NCBI RefSeq assembly: GCF_001194135.2
Contig: NC_068984.1
Span: 68,083,235-68,147,234, forward strand
Length of the DNA stretch: 64,000 bases
Direction: 5' to 3'
DNA from: Octopus bimaculoides
Taxonomy: Eukaryota
Below the pieces are notes generated by a model that ran no database searches, was not told where the DNA came from, and saw only the letters and a program-made list of their open reading frames with translations. Of this stretch, positions 1 to 14,094 are shown piece by piece (position 1 is the first letter of the stretch; each line of letters begins with the position of its first letter). The position numbers and the translations under genes were made by a program.

Positions 1-656
1 TTCAAAAACCTCTAAAACTGGAGAAGAGGAGAATTTGTCCTCAAATGCATGTCCCAAATGTTTGCAAGATTGGAATCAATTAAAGATACCCAATAACCAA
101 GTAGTGGTGGTAGTGTTGGTGTAAACCCTTTGCCTGTCTAAAGCATTTTCATAAATTTGTCCTTAGCATCCATGCTTGTTTTCATATTTTAAGCTAGGCC
201 TTGTTTCATACGTTCTGAGTAATCTAAAGCTTTCCTTACTATAATGGTTGAAAAAAAAACAGGAATATGTATTATATTCGATGCATGGATGTCAGGAATA
301 TATTGTGTGTGTCATACATGATATATTGGACAAATTAAAGTTTGAATAGTGTGTCAGGCTAAGTCTACTACCTTATGGTCCCTCCACATAGTTTCCAACT
401 ATGAAATTACATGCAAGCTAACAGAAAAGTTAGACTTTGTAAGTAGCAAATTCATAGGTATGGTTAGCCGTAGGTACATCAATGAAATTAATTCTTTCAG
501 CCGTTCAGATGGTTTTGTAGAACTTCTGTTACTTTAAATGACAAGTTAACAGTGGGAGGGTTCTTCCAAAAACAAAGAAACCAGAATAAGATTGTGCAAA
601 AAAAAAAAGCTCTTGGCGCTAATACTTCTGTAGAGTAAAGAAGTACAATGTAATCC

Positions 657-812
657 AAAGTGGAAGGATCCTGGAAAACAAATAGACCAAGGAAGGCTTT
701 GGAAGACGTAGAGAAGATTGATCTTAAGAGGCAGAACTTCATGCAGCAAATGACAAAGGTAGCAGGAAATATGCTGAGCTGGAGAAGACACATCCAAACA
801 GTGAATGCATAG
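657..812 (+). mobile_element. Degenerate C-terminal remnant of an RTE-like LINE ORF
   Basis: Hand translation KVEGSWKTNRPRKALEDVEKIDLKRQNFMQQMTKVAGNMLSWRRHIQTVNA* parallels VEGTRGRGRPRKTWAEVVRQDL...W of the better preserved RTE end at 25347-25622. Confidence 0.5.
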
Positions 813-1499
813 AGAAACAGATTTGAAATAATGATGATGGCATTTTGTTCTTGCACTCTGTTCAATAATTTTATGCTATTATCAAAGAATTTAAGACTTT
901 TCTGCAGTGGCAGAGAAAAAGAATGCAAGAATATTTGGTACTTCTTCAGGAACTACTAAAGTTTACTGAAGATCAATATGTCCAAATTCCTGGCAAATAG
1001 CATGAAACCAGTGTACAGGCACAAAATATATTTACCATACTCTCAAGACTCTGCAAGTTCATATCAAGTATTTTATCATTTTACATGACAAAATAAAAAA
1101 AAAAATGTAGTGTCTAAGCAAGTTGTTTATACTACATACACAGACACACAGACACACATATATGCATACACACAAATATGTACACACACACACATATATA
1201 AACATATTCATGTATAAATTGAAATTTACATAAAAATCAATGTTTTTGCGTAAAAAAAAAATGACAGATTTGAGAAAGCAACGTAACTTTTTATATTTTC
1301 TTCTCATTTAAAGGAGTGTTTTAATAAAGTATATATTACATATTTCTTTGATCTTACAAAAATTATTTTATGCACTGAAATAATAAAATGAATATCGAAA
1401 ATTGAGAAGAAAAATAATGCAATGAAATCTGAAGTTAAAAAAAAAAAAGAAGCAAACTTGGAAATTACAAAAGAAGCGAATGGTAAAAACATGGTTTAA

Positions 1500-1893
1500 T
1501 TCCCTGATTGTGTGTGTGTTGTGTGTGTGCATGTGTATATGTATGTACGTGTGTATGTATGCAAGTATATGTGAATGAGATTGTGTGTAATGATTTGATC
1601 ATGGGTATTTATGCATATATGCAAGCATATAAAAGTGTTCATGAGAGAGACAGAGACAGAGAGAGAGAGAGAGATTATATGGTCCTGCGTATGTGTGTAC
1701 ATGTATAATATAATGTGTGTGCATTGTACGCATACATATATATAGGTACATGTATATACATACATATAAAGGTAAATATATATACATATATATATATGCA
1801 TATACATATATATGTATACGTATATATACACATATATGTGTACATAAATATACATACATGTATATATATATATATGTATAACATATATATGCA

Positions 1894-1985
<92 letters not shown>

Positions 1986-2200
1986 TATGTGTATGCATAT
2001 ATACATGTATATATATGTATATATATATATCCATATACACATACAAACATATACATATATATATGCACATTCATAAACACACACACATATGCATGTATAC
2101 ACACACACATATATATGAGTGATTATTTAGCTCTGTGTATGTATGTGTATGTGTTCATAAGTGTGGGCAGGTGTATAAGTAAATGTGTATGCATGTATGA
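1500..2200. repeat. Compound (TG)n/(TA)n/(CA)n microsatellite field
   Basis: Directly visible dinucleotide repeats; source of the YI/CV/HT low-complexity ORFs. Confidence 0.95.
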
Positions 2201-2657
2201 ATGAGAGATTAAGCAGAGATACATGTAAAGTCTAACTTTGTGAAGATATATATGATGTAATTTCAGTTAAACACAAAATATATTTTGATTAAAAAAAAAA
2301 GATCTTTAAATTTATATTTTTTTCAATTATTGATTTTTCTTTGTTGCACTTTTTTCTCTTTAGTTTATATTTTTTTATTTATTCTGTTTTATTTTTATTT
2401 TAATTTTTTTTAAATTCTCAGATAAGACTTTGGAAAGCATTAAAGAAAATTCTAGAAAGAAATTAAGAAAAAAATAAGCAAACTAAAAGGTTATATCTCA
2501 TACGAAATGGTGTGAAATCAATGAAAAAAAACATATATATATATATAACAACAAAGCATGGAATTAGTTGCACTTCACACACAAAATGTTTAAAGTGTTC
2601 TGTTCATGGTTATGTAAATGCAACGTAATCAACAAATTGTATTGCATATATATACAC

Positions 2658-2689
<32 letters not shown>

Positions 2690-2922
2690 TTATATATATG
2701 ATATATATCTAGTTTCAAGTATATTATATATATATATATGTATATATACATATATANNNNNNNNNNNNNNNNNNNNNNNNNNNNNNNNNNNNNNNNNNNN
2801 NNNNNNNNNNNNNNNNNNNNNNNNNNNNNNNNNNNNNNNNNNNNNNNNNNNNNNNNNNNNNNNNNNNNNNNNNNNNNNNNNNNNNNNNNNNATATATATA
2901 TAATGGATGGGGGCACATAACC

Positions 2923-3140
2923 AAGTGGATAGTGTGTTGTACTCATGATCAGAAGATCGTGATTTCAATTCCTGGACCAGGTAGTCCATTGTGTTTTTGA
3001 GAAAAACACATCATCTTACATTGCTTTGATGTTGCTTCAAACCTGATGTATGGTACACCATGTACCTGTCCAGGCAATGCTGGTTTAATCCCTATGAACA
3101 AATCATTTGTGTAGATTCTTCAGCAAGAAATTGTAAAACC
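2923..3140 (+). mobile_element. Degenerate tRNA-headed SINE
   Basis: Head gggggcacataaccaagtgg (A-box-like) ... gtgatttcaattcctggacc (B-box-like), followed by a non-tRNA body. Confidence 0.45.
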
Positions 3141-3461
3141 ATTTTTCTCAGAATGCGAGAGACAACAACCATCATGTATTATGTATGTAGACGCATTCAT
3201 CTACTTCTATCCTTCCATGTTGGCATGTAATAGGTAAATACACTTTATTTTGCTTACACTTTACTGTTTTTTGAAATAAGAGATCCTTTATTCGAAGTGT
3301 CTTCAAAACTACAAAGGCAGCAAACAATTTGTTGAGAATGGAAATGATAAGACCAACAACTTTTGTAGCTCAGTCTTTTTTGAAAGTGGAAATATAAATA
3401 ATACATAAACACATGCATTCACACACACACACACACACATGCATTTATATATATGTATGTA

Positions 3462-3534
<73 letters not shown>

Positions 3535-5156
3535 TGTATTTCGGGATGGCCATTTTTTTTTTTTTGACCAAATAATACACGTGCTATATATTTTTTTCTT
3601 CACTTGTTTATTACAGTTCTTATTTTATTATTTCAAATCATGTCCATCATCCGGAAATCTTTTGTCACACATCTGTGACCTCTTCAGCAACACTGAATAT
3701 TCATTTATATATATATGTAGAAAGATGGATAGATGGAGTAATTGAGGTATATCAGAGTGTGTAGGCTGATAGTTAAGACTAGTCTTAGATAAATAAACAG
3801 TAACATTTATCTCTGCCTATGCTCTAGTCTGGGTTGGCTAGTAAACAGGACCTATTTTACAAAATACTTTTTAGATTGGCCTTATTACAGCCAGTGACAT
3901 CAGCTGACATGTTGGGGCCATACTGATGGATTTCACAGAGTAGATGGAGGTTATTGCGCAATGGAGAATATTTGTTTGGAGTGATGAATTTTCAAAGGAG
4001 GATGAGTTTACTGTTGTTGAGAAACTTAGTTTTCCTATGTCATAAGGAGTGCAGTTTGCTAAAAGTTCACAGTGACAGTTTAAGATTACAAGAAAGAAAG
4101 GTTTTCTAACTACATAGATAGAGAGATTGAGCAAACAATAACAGTCTGAGGTGGCTTGAAATGAGATAGTCTCTAAGATTTAGATAGAGTGGGATGTGCA
4201 AACACCAAAGGAAATTATCAAGATAAACTTATGGCTACTGGGTTTCCATTGTCAAAACTGATGGAGGGGTATGAGGGTAGATATAATATGACTGCTTATT
4301 CTGGCACCACAGACTCTAGACATTCTGAGATAATTGATAATTTAGATGGCTGATAATTTTACACTTGGTAAATCATTAGTAAATAGACATTATGAATAAT
4401 TAGTAAGTAATTCATCTTGACATATCACTTAGCTAGCTCCGTTGTTCATGTCACACACACACATGCACACACACACACACACACACACACATGTGCATGT
4501 TTGTATAACAATGCTAAAAGAAACAAAATTTTCATACAAACACACGCACACACACATACACACAGAAGCTGAAATTATCTTAGAGACAGTAGAATTCCTG
4601 TAGTCAATGAATTGTTAGAAATGGTACAAAGTGCAAGTCTATTGGGGCACATAAGTACTTCATTAATTTCTCACAATAAAGGGATTTTCCACTCAGAATT
4701 ATTTTACAGAACATAGATATTAATACCTCTGAAACACAAAACAAGCAATACAATCAAAGTAACAGAGATTTATTGAAAACGAACCAGAAAATACTGTGTG
4801 TGATTTAGAATATTTGATTGAGACAATGATAGAACACTAAAATAAAAGCTTGAAAACACATTTTATTCGATTTTGAATTCATTTTATCATNNNNNNNNNN
4901 NNNNNNNNNNNNNNNNNNNNNNNNNNNNNNNNNNNNNNNNNNNNNNNNNNNNNNNNNNNNNNNNNNNNNNNNNNNNNNNNNNNNNNNNNNNNNNNNNNNN
5001 NNNNNNNNNNNNATATATATATACATATATATATATATACATATATATACATATATATATATATATATAAATAGGTATATACTATCAGTATCCTTTACCT
5101 GTGTTATCCCCTGGCAATGGTGTGCAGAGACACCATATACGTCGAGTGCAGGTGAC

Positions 5157-5385
5157 AATAGGATAAATAAAAGTCTATCAGGAGCCAGTGCAAAGAAGAA
5201 AATTAAACTGGAACTATGGACAAATACCCAGGACTCAATTGAATGGTTCTCTAACATAAAATATAAGGATAATCATAAATTTTTGCAAATTGACATTCAA
5301 AATTATTACTCATTAATCAACCCTACAATCCTAAATAGTGGACTTATCTTTGCTATGAAGATGTTTATTAAATGTAACGAGGTAA
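5157..5385 (+). mobile_element. Penelope-like element reverse transcriptase fragment
   Basis: Stop-free hand translation ...KIKLELWTNTQDSIEWFSNIKYKDNHKFLQIDIQNYYSLINPTILNSGLIFA resembles the PLE RT segment around motif A (W.NT..VI.WF..I..K...F...DI..FY.SI). It has no start codon, so it is absent from the ORF track. Confidence 0.65.
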
Positions 5386-5512
5386 ATGTAAATTTACTTC
5401 AATTTGATAAACAGAAACAGCTGTAAACGTTCTGAATTCAATTAAATAATGACTTTTAAACACCAGTGATCCACTTCTCATTGTTAATTATTGCTCCATT
5501 TCTTATCTTATC

Positions 5513-5571
<59 letters not shown>

Positions 5572-5594
5572 TATATGTGTGTGTGTGTGTGTGT

Positions 5595-5627
<33 letters not shown>

Positions 5628-6459
5628 TGTGTGTGTGTGTGTGTATATATATATATGTATATATGTATATGTGTGTGTGTGTATATTTAGTTATTTGTCC
5701 AGTTGTTTGCTCCAAATCCGCCTCGACCATCAAAGCCAAATGCCTTTTCTCAACTGCTGTCCTATTATCTACAGGTATATACTTAGAAGAGCTTCATCCA
5801 CTCTTACTAATAATAGTGACCACCACCACCTTTTGGCAAATTCACAGGAAGAGAAAGTTTTCTTCTCTGTTTTCTCACCTTCCAATAGACATTCTGATGA
5901 TGATAATGATGATGAACGATAATGATAACGATAGTAATGATGATGGTGATGTTGATGGTAGAGATGATTTTATTTGTTTGCCACAAGAGCCACATATGTT
6001 CAAAATACTGAAGTGCATTGGTACTGACAAGTTGATAAATATGTAACCCTCCTACTGCTTCATGAGAAATTGAAGCCTGAAAGGCTTCATAGCAATCATA
6101 ATGATTGACTGAAGAATGCAGTTATGGAAATTGAATTAAATTATCTCAATCATTTCACTCTCCTCCAACAGATGCCACAGCCTTTTTTAACTTCTACTAC
6201 TACTACTATTACATTTAGTAGTAGCAGCAGCAGCAGCAGCAGCAGAGCTACCAACAGCACCACCACCACCACNNNNNNNNNNACCACCACCACCACCACC
6301 ACCACCATTACCACCAACAACAACAACAATGATGATAAAAACAGCAATAATAATCATAATCGTAATCGAGATAATTTGTTTTTAAACTACTACTATTAAT
6401 GATTTTAAGGATGATGATTATGAAAACGATGATGATGATGATGATGATGGCAATGAGGG

Positions 6460-6501
<42 letters not shown>

Positions 6502-6964
6502 CCACGACGAAGATAATGATAATGATATTTGCTGATATTGTTGAGCATTTCTTAAATACCTTATTTCTTTGGTCCTTTATATTCTTCCACAACAAAATTA
6601 TCTTAAAATTCTCTTTCTTAAGCAAGGAAAACAACATGCCACCAAAATACAAACAAAACATGGAATAAAAATATATTAAATGAATTCTAAGAGGACAAGA
6701 TTGTACCTAAATAAAAAAAATCAAATATGATGACAAAAAATAAAACGGTGGAGGGAGGGATGGAGCAGGATTCTACCGTAGAAGTGAAATTTCAGGGTTT
6801 ATTGATTAAATTAATAAAATATTTCACTAATAGCATTTTACACATTTAAAAATACAAATGGGGGGGGAAAAAAAACTAACTTAGTACAAACTAAAGAAAA
6901 AGAAATTATCTAATGTTGGCAAGGGTGATTGTGATAAAGTTGTTGATGATAATAATAATAATCA

Positions 6965-7642
6965 TTTCTACTAAAGGCCTGTAATTTTGTGTGAGGAAAC
7001 TAGTCAATTACATCGACCCCAGTGTTTCACTGGTACTTAATTTATCAGCCCTGAAAGGATAAAAGACAAAGACAGCTTTACGGAATTTGAACTCAGAACG
7101 GAGCTACAAGCGAATTACCCCTAAGCATTTCATCCAGTGTGCTAACAATTCTGCCAATAATAATAATAATAATAATAATGATTACAGTTTCAAATTTTTG
7201 GCACAAGGCCAGTAATTTCGGTTAAAGGGGTAAGTTGATTACATCTAACCCAGTACTCAACTGGTAGTTAATTTATTGACCCCAAAAGGATGAAAGGCGA
7301 AGTCGAACTCAGCAAAATTTGAACTCAGAACATTAAGACAGACTAAATATCACTAAGCATTTTGCCCTACATGCTAACAATTCTGCCAGCTCACCGAAAA
7401 ATAATAATAATAATAATAATTATTATTATTATTATAGTAGTTCTTTCTACTATAGGCACAAATTCTGGAATTTTAGGGAGGAAACTAGTCAATTACATTG
7501 CCCCCATTTCTTAACTATATTTTGTTTATCAACCATGAAAGAATGAAGGCAAAATCAACCTTGGCAGCCTCTGAACATAGAAAGTAATAAGATGCAAGCA
7601 TTTTGTCCAGCATACTAGCAATTATGCTCATTCACTGCCTCA
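6965..7642 (-). mobile_element. Three tandem copies of tRNA-derived SINE family A separated by (TAA)n
   Basis: Copies at about 6965-7156, 7184-7396 and 7440-7642 are reverse complements of the family A copy at 27812-28028 (shared gaaaggatgaaaggc, aatttgaactcagaa, taagcattt, gctaacaattctgcc). Confidence 0.8.
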
Positions 7643-7705
7643 ATAATAATAATAATTTCCTTATCTGTATCTTTCAAAATGATAATAATAATAATAATAA
7701 TAATA

Positions 7706-8269
7706 AGATGCCCTGATGCAGTACCAGGCAATAGCTCTCTTGGCTTCTGATCTTAATTGATTGGAAGTGTTATTTTGTACATTGTTTTGTCTTGGTATAA
7801 AAGATGAGTTACAGCAAATATCTTTCTGCTCAATACCACAGATTTGCTTGTCAGTTACTTGACCATAACCAGTTGAGCATGTCCCTTGGTGGCTGAAAAT
7901 ATGTGCATCACTGATCATGAGCAGAAGTAGTGTGGGAGCATCGTAACCATGTACTGAGAAAGGAATTCTTTGGAGTTTGAATAATTCACCCCTGGAAATA
8001 TGGGTGTTTCATTCAATATCCTTAAACAACCCTTATTCAAGAACAATTTGTGTGGGATGGGCTATTCGACCTGAAGAAAATTCTAACTGGGCCCCACCCA
8101 TAAGGTCATGTGCTGTTCATCTTGATATGAGATCACTATATTGTGCACATATGATTGTGATGCATGTGCCTAGTGTAACCTCATCAGACGGGTAGTAATG
8201 ATGGGTATACTGGGCTTTGTATATTTTGCTCCAGTGTCACTTTGATGGCATGCACTGCTCTCTCACTCA
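7706..8269. repeat. Unassigned ~560-bp cassette bracketed by (TAA)n tracts
   Basis: Complex sequence with sharp boundaries between (TAA)n at 7681-7705 and 8269-8320; no convincing ORF; only one copy in the window. Confidence 0.35.
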
Positions 8270-8321
8270 ATAATAATAATAATAATAATTATAATAATAA
8301 TGATATTAATAATAATAATAA

Positions 8322-8611
8322 CTCCAAAATGGCAGAAATTCAAAAGATAGTGCTCATGGGAACTGCCCATATTCTACTTAAAATACTGCCTATGTAATCT
8401 CAAATTTTAAAACACACATAATTTTCATGTTTTCTTAAACATCCTCTAGAACAATACTATATGCAAAACCAAATATATGACCCCCCCCCCCCCCGCCTCC
8501 GCACCAGGCATAACACCAACATGAACTTCTAATTTGTTGTCTCTTGATGTTTCTGGGTGAGATTTGGAGCCAACTTGTACAAATACAAAACAAGATTCAA
8601 ACATATAATAA
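8322..8611 (+). mobile_element. 3' end of an R4/Dong-like RLE non-LTR retrotransposon
   Basis: PKMAEIQKIVLMGTAHILLKILPM* matches the C-terminus of the 9159-9452 ORF (ELQRITLMGTTHILWKALSI*); followed by a UTR ending taataa; 5' flank is (TAA)n. Confidence 0.7.
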
Positions 8612-8818
8612 GCGTGGCCGTTGCCAATATCGTGTGACTGGCCCTCGTACCGGTGGCATGTAAAAGCACCCACTACACTCTTGGAGTGGTTGGCGTCATG
8701 AAGGGCATCCAGCTGTAGAAACTCTGCCAGATTAGATTGGAGCCTGGTGCAGCCTTCTGGCTTGCCAGTCCTCAGTCAAATCATCCAACCCATGCTAGCA
8801 TGGAAAGCGGACGTTAAA

Positions 8819-8820
<2 letters not shown>
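8612..8820 (+). mobile_element. RTE 3' UTR-derived short element
   Basis: Nearly the same sequence as 14541-14750 and the reverse complements of 26641-26850 and 48345-48522. Confidence 0.85.
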
Positions 8821-8861
<41 letters not shown>

Positions 8862-8871
8862 TAATAATAAT

Positions 8872-9583
8872 GAAGCATACTTAAAGAAGGATCTGACCCC
8901 TCGTGTAGAATTTACAAAAAATTCACAGTGACAATTAATCATGCTGCCCAGTCTTTGCTGAAAATGAGTACCTTATAAGACATGACAGACTAGAGCAGTA
9001 TATCCACTGGAATGCTTGTAAATACTACAAAATTAAATTCAATGGTAAGTGGTACAGGCACCATCTAGAGGATGTAGTAAAATGGTGAAGGTGTTACCAT
9101 CCTTTGGAACTTCCCAAAACACGCAATCAGAAAAACTGACTCCAATTGACCAGACATTGTGATTAAAGACTACAGCAGAGGAACTTGTCTGCTAACAGAT
9201 ATGTCTGTCCCACAAGATCAAAATATCTCAAGAAAGGAATACGAAAAGCTGTCTCACTATAAAGATCTTCAAATTGAAATCACAAAAATGTGGAAGTTCA
9301 GTACTATGATAATACCAGTAGTAATTGGTGCATTGGGAATGATAAAGAAGGGAGCTGAGAAGTATATTAAGCAACTCCTAGAACTACATGAACTACAAAG
9401 GATAACCTTGATGGGTACAACCCATATACTATGGAAAGCACTCTCCATCTAAAATGGAATAAATGTGGTGATAATTTTAGTATGCATAGCAAAACAACAG
9501 TGCCCTTGCTACTCTTGGCCTCCGGAAGATGCTCAGTACTACGGCAACTGAAATAAAGTTATAATGAAAAGAAACCATATATA
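8872..9583 (+). mobile_element. 5'-truncated R4/Dong-like retrotransposon: degenerate zinc knuckle, RHD motif and restriction-like endonuclease
   Basis: Hand translation with frameshifts: DPSCRIY..TINH / CPVFAENEYLIRHDRLEQYIHWNACKYY / VTILWNFP...N*PDIVIKDY...CLLTDMSVPQDQNISRKEYEKLSHYKDLQIEITKMWK...IPVVIGALG. This is the PD-(D/E)xK RLE C-terminal pattern of R2/R4-type elements. Confidence 0.85.
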
Positions 9584-9661
<78 letters not shown>

Positions 9662-9668
9662 GTGATGA
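9583..9668. repeat. (GAT)n microsatellite
   Basis: Direct observation. Confidence 0.95.
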
Positions 9669-9689
9669 CAATAATAACAACAACAACAG

Positions 9690-9905
9690 TTTATGATTTA
9701 GGTACAAGGCCAGCAATTTTGAAGGTTGGGGTTTGTCAACAACATCAACCTCAGTATTTGGGCAGTACTTTATTTTATTGACACCCAAAAGGATGGAAAG
9801 CAAAGTTAACCTGGGTAGAATTTGAACCTAGAATGAAAAGTGTCAAAACAATAACTGCAAAATATTTTCTCCCGATGCTCTAATCATTAAACTAGCTCAC
9901 TACCT
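9690..9905 (-). mobile_element. SINE family A copy
   Basis: Same diagnostic blocks as other family A copies; flanked by (CAA)/(TAA) tracts. Confidence 0.75.
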
Positions 9906-12819
9906 TAATAATAATAATAATAATAATAACAACAAAAACAATAACAACAATAATAATGTTAATAATAATGAGGAGTGTAAGGAGGAGGAGTAAGAGAAGC
10001 AGGATTATGAGTTTGAGTAGGGAAAAATCAAAGAATATACTAATGGTAATAATAGCATTAACAATGATGATGATGATGATGATGATGATGATAGGTAATA
10101 ATCTTATTAGGATGATGGTAGCAGTTGGGATCATAGAGATGGTGATAAAGACGATAGTGATGATGCTGATGATGATGATAAGAAAGAGAAGGCAGTAGAC
10201 GATGATGTCATGTGGATAAGGATGACGATAATGATGGTTAAAAAAAAAAAAAGGAAAGATATTCTCAGATCTTCTAACTTGATAGAGAAACTTAATGCAA
10301 GTCTTTTGATTTGCTCACTTTTAATTATACTTGGGCAAAAAATAATTAATTTAGGACTATGCAAATTTTCTCTGTCAAAACGAGGGAGAGATGTGTGTAT
10401 ATACATACATACATACATATATATATGTATGTGTGTGTGTGTTTGTGAGTATGTGTGTCTATACATATACATATATATATATATATATATATANNNNNNN
10501 NNNNNNNNNNNNNNNNNNNNNNNNNNNNNNNNNNNNNNNNNNNNNNNNNNNNNNNNNNNNNNNNNNNNNNNNNNNNNNNNNNNNNNNNNNNNNNNNNNNN
10601 NNNNNNNTAAGTGGAGGATGTGTGTATATGTGTTTGTATGAATATGTATGAATGAAGTCACCACAACCTTAGTCTTAGGTAGATGACTCCATTTTCTATT
10701 AGAGTAGTAGGGAAAAGAGAGGTATTTGGTAACTATGTCTGCTAGCAGCTATGTATTGGATAACTGACATTATTATGATATAATTACAACCCTTGAGAAA
10801 TGCAGAATACGTTTTAGTGTGTTTTGTTTTGTTTTTATTTTAAATTACATAACTTTTCTATTATTTGCTGAGATTTCAGTATATTTGTGTATTTTGGGGT
10901 ACATTGTTGTTTTTCAAATATTTTCTTGAAATTGGCAACTTTCTTGAAGTTAGGCATTACCACAGATCACACATTGATCAAAAGCAGTATTTTAAAGATC
11001 AATATTTATCAGAGGGGTGGAGTAGCTATTATTGTTGTTGTTTAGCTCCAAGTCAACCTTGATTGAGCAGTTTTCGTTTCCATTTCTCTTCAAGCATTTA
11101 TGATTGAGTGCTGGATGAAAGCCTCAACATGCCATTGTTAGTTTTGTTTATTTTGATTGAAAGCCTGTCTGTTCACACTATCCAATTCTGGGTACTCCCA
11201 TGGTCTATTCAGCCATACTAGCTAAGCCTATTAATATATTAGGCTTTTTATATCTGTTTTATAGTAAAGGTATGCACTCACAAACACAAGATCGTGGTTT
11301 CAATTCTGCATTGTGTTCTTGAGCATTTCATATTGCTCCACTCAACTCATTGTAAATAGATAACTCTGTGACAAACTAGTATTCTGCTCAGTTGGAATGT
11401 TGGCCTGCCTGCCTAGCCAATGGGCTGGCATTATTCAAAAGCTACAACGTGAGGAAGTGCATTGTGACCAGCAGTGTTTTACAACATCTGATAGTCTGGT
11501 AATTATGGTAATACTGTGATATTTGTCTTATACAACTGCTGTTGACTCATGAGGACAAATTATAATATGTCTCTGAGAGACCAGTAATCATTGACCTCTC
11601 ATAAGGACCCTAAACTTCTTTCAACTTATTCCATGTACAATACTTAAGATACTATTATATCACCAGCCTCCACTTAGGTAAAAGAATTCATCCATGTATT
11701 AGTGGCAAACCATTTGGACAGACACCTGTATTCCTTTCAGGATTCAAAGTATTCACCACATTTACTATACAACTTCTAACAAATGTAATACAATGAGTTG
11801 AAGTAAAATTTTTGATTAATTGAAATCATCCTTGCAATGTATAGAGAAAATTTCTGCTTAGCAGTTAAGAGTAGAAAGGGAGATAATTCCAGTAATGTCA
11901 ACCAGCCAACTGAATTTCTTAGAATATAAAGATGTTATAGATAGCAATGAATATTGACTTTACTGTCAACTAGTGAAAGTAATATTTTGGACTAATTAGA
12001 TTTTGTGCTAATTAGATCTCAGCACTCATTAATTAGCTTTAAAGACATATTTTATTCCTACCAACATAATCTTAACTAAAAACTTCTATTGGCACTCATA
12101 TTGTATATCTCCCTTGTTTTAGATTTTTAACACCCAATAGAGAATTTTTGTCAACTAATTAAGAGGATAATTTCAGTTAATCAAAGTCATTCAAAAACAT
12201 TACATTAAATGTGAGATTTTTCATTATGTTTATTTACTATTGTCATGGGCTTGCATATCCTGTGTGTTGGCTACCATCATGTGGTTCTGGCTGGCTGCAT
12301 GTATTATAAATGAAGCAAACTAACGAATGTTCAACAATATCTATTGAAAGAAATGATTTACTGTGTTGGCTTAACATTAGCTAACTAGAAAAGAAAAATT
12401 CAGATACAATAACAAACACACATTGTTGCAGCTTAGAGAAGAGAACAGCACTGTGTCTTGTTGAAGGCAAGCTGTAGTAAGGTTGTGACCTGTCTGGCTT
12501 GGAGGCTCACAGCAGTCTACCTTGCTGGAATTCTCGAGGCAGTTTCTGCTGGGAGTTAGGCACCAAATTGTTCAAACTTGGCTAAAACGGCATGAATTTT
12601 AGAATATTTGAGTAGTTATGTCAGATTCATGTTGATTGATTGATTTATAGATTAATCATGTGAAACTCTAGTAGAATACTGATAAATAGAAACTGATTAT
12701 TTCATGGTTGGGGTTCGAATCACTAAACTATCTTGTACACTCACTTGAGATCTTTTCTGCCTCCCCTGTTGTTGCTTTACAGTTTATCCTCTCAGTAAGG
12801 GATCTTATACAATAGATAT

Positions 12820-13044
12820 TTAACCCTTTAGTATTTAAACTAGCCATATCTAGTCAAAATATTCTACCAGTTTTATGTTCAAACTGGTCAGATCTGGCCT
12901 CTCACACCAACCCTACATTATCATTCTAAAAATTAACCGTTACCTTATCAAAATCTCAAAGTTACAGAATAATGCACGATTAATTCAAAACAATGTGAAT
13001 AAATAAGCATTATATTTGACAGAATAATGTGAATGCTAAATTGA
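12820..13044 (+). mobile_element. piggyBac-like MITE, copy 1 (right end eroded)
   Basis: Starts TTAA-CCCTTTAG; internal similarity to 63774-63974 and to the reverse complement of 56012-56217; ends gaatgctaaa without GGG-TTAA. Confidence 0.7.
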
Positions 13045-13610
13045 CATAGTGATTTGATGGAATACATACATAGTAAGGGCTAATCTTATGACAATTATGT
13101 CAACTAGATGGCAGAACTGGTTTGAAATTCTAAAAATGTATTCTTGAAATTCACCTTTTATCTCAAACAAAAGACTAAGTATTCCAAACATTTTTTCGGA
13201 GTTTGATTTGTGTTTAGGGTTACTCAGGAAAATTGATTTCATTATACTTATGTTCTTGGTTGGCCCTGAATATGTAAGTCAACCATACAAAACTTGTCTC
13301 TTCAAAACTATTGTCTACATAGCTACTACTACAAGTGTCGGTTTGTGGTTAAGAAGTTAGATTTGCAACAGCATGATTGCAGGTTCAATACCATTCAACA
13401 GCTCTTTTGACAAATGTCTTCTACCTTAGTTATGGATTGGTCAATAACTTGTGAATGAAAATTGGTAAAAGGAATTGTATCAGAATGTTGCCATGTTTTC
13501 AATATATGTAATAAATAAGTAAAGAATGGAAGTAGCTGGCATTACTTTTATTCCACAGCTTACAGTTGTCTTAACAACATGTGAGTAACAAATGAAACAT
13601 CATGTATACT

Positions 13611-13997
13611 CTTTTACTTGTTTCAGTTATTTGACTGTGGCCATGCTGGAGCACCGCCTTTTAGTCAAGCTAATCGACCCCAGGACTTATTCTTTGTTAG
13701 CCCAGTACTTATTCTATTGGTTTCTTTAGCCGAACCGCTAAGTTGCAGAGACGTAAACATACCAGCATCGGTTGTCAAGCGATGTTGGGGGGACAAACAC
13801 AGACACACAAACATACACATATATATTTATATACATATATACGACGGGCTTCTTTCAGTTTCCGTCTACCAAATCCACTCACACGGCTTTGGTCAGCCCG
13901 AGGCTATAGTAGAAGACACTTGCCCAAGGTGCCACGCAGCGGGACTGAACTCAGAACCATGTGGTTGGTAAGCAAGCTACTTACCACACAGCCACTC
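13611..13997 (-). mobile_element. Bipartite CORE-type SINE (family C) with internal microsatellite
   Basis: The minus-strand head contains the CORE-like gcaccttgggcaagtgtcttc block, then a CA/TA spacer, then a second conserved half; same architecture as 40378-40939. Confidence 0.85.
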
Positions 13998-14094
13998 GGG
14001 GAAAATGATATAGTCATTCCAACTATGCAATGTATTACATAATACCCTCTGCAGTTGTTTAATCATAATCTATTTGAGTGTGTATTTCACCAAT

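Noticed and set aside
1496-2204. Long ORFs rich in YI/CV/HT (also near 17000, 46000, 48500, 62000)
   Set aside because: They are translations of dinucleotide microsatellites.
3841-4400. Possible decayed LINE endonuclease region on the minus strand
   Set aside because: No diagnostic motif could be aligned convincingly.
11560-11730. Possible RTE remnant on the minus strand (DEFFYLSGG / WNKLKE)
   Set aside because: Similarity is too fragmentary to support by eye.
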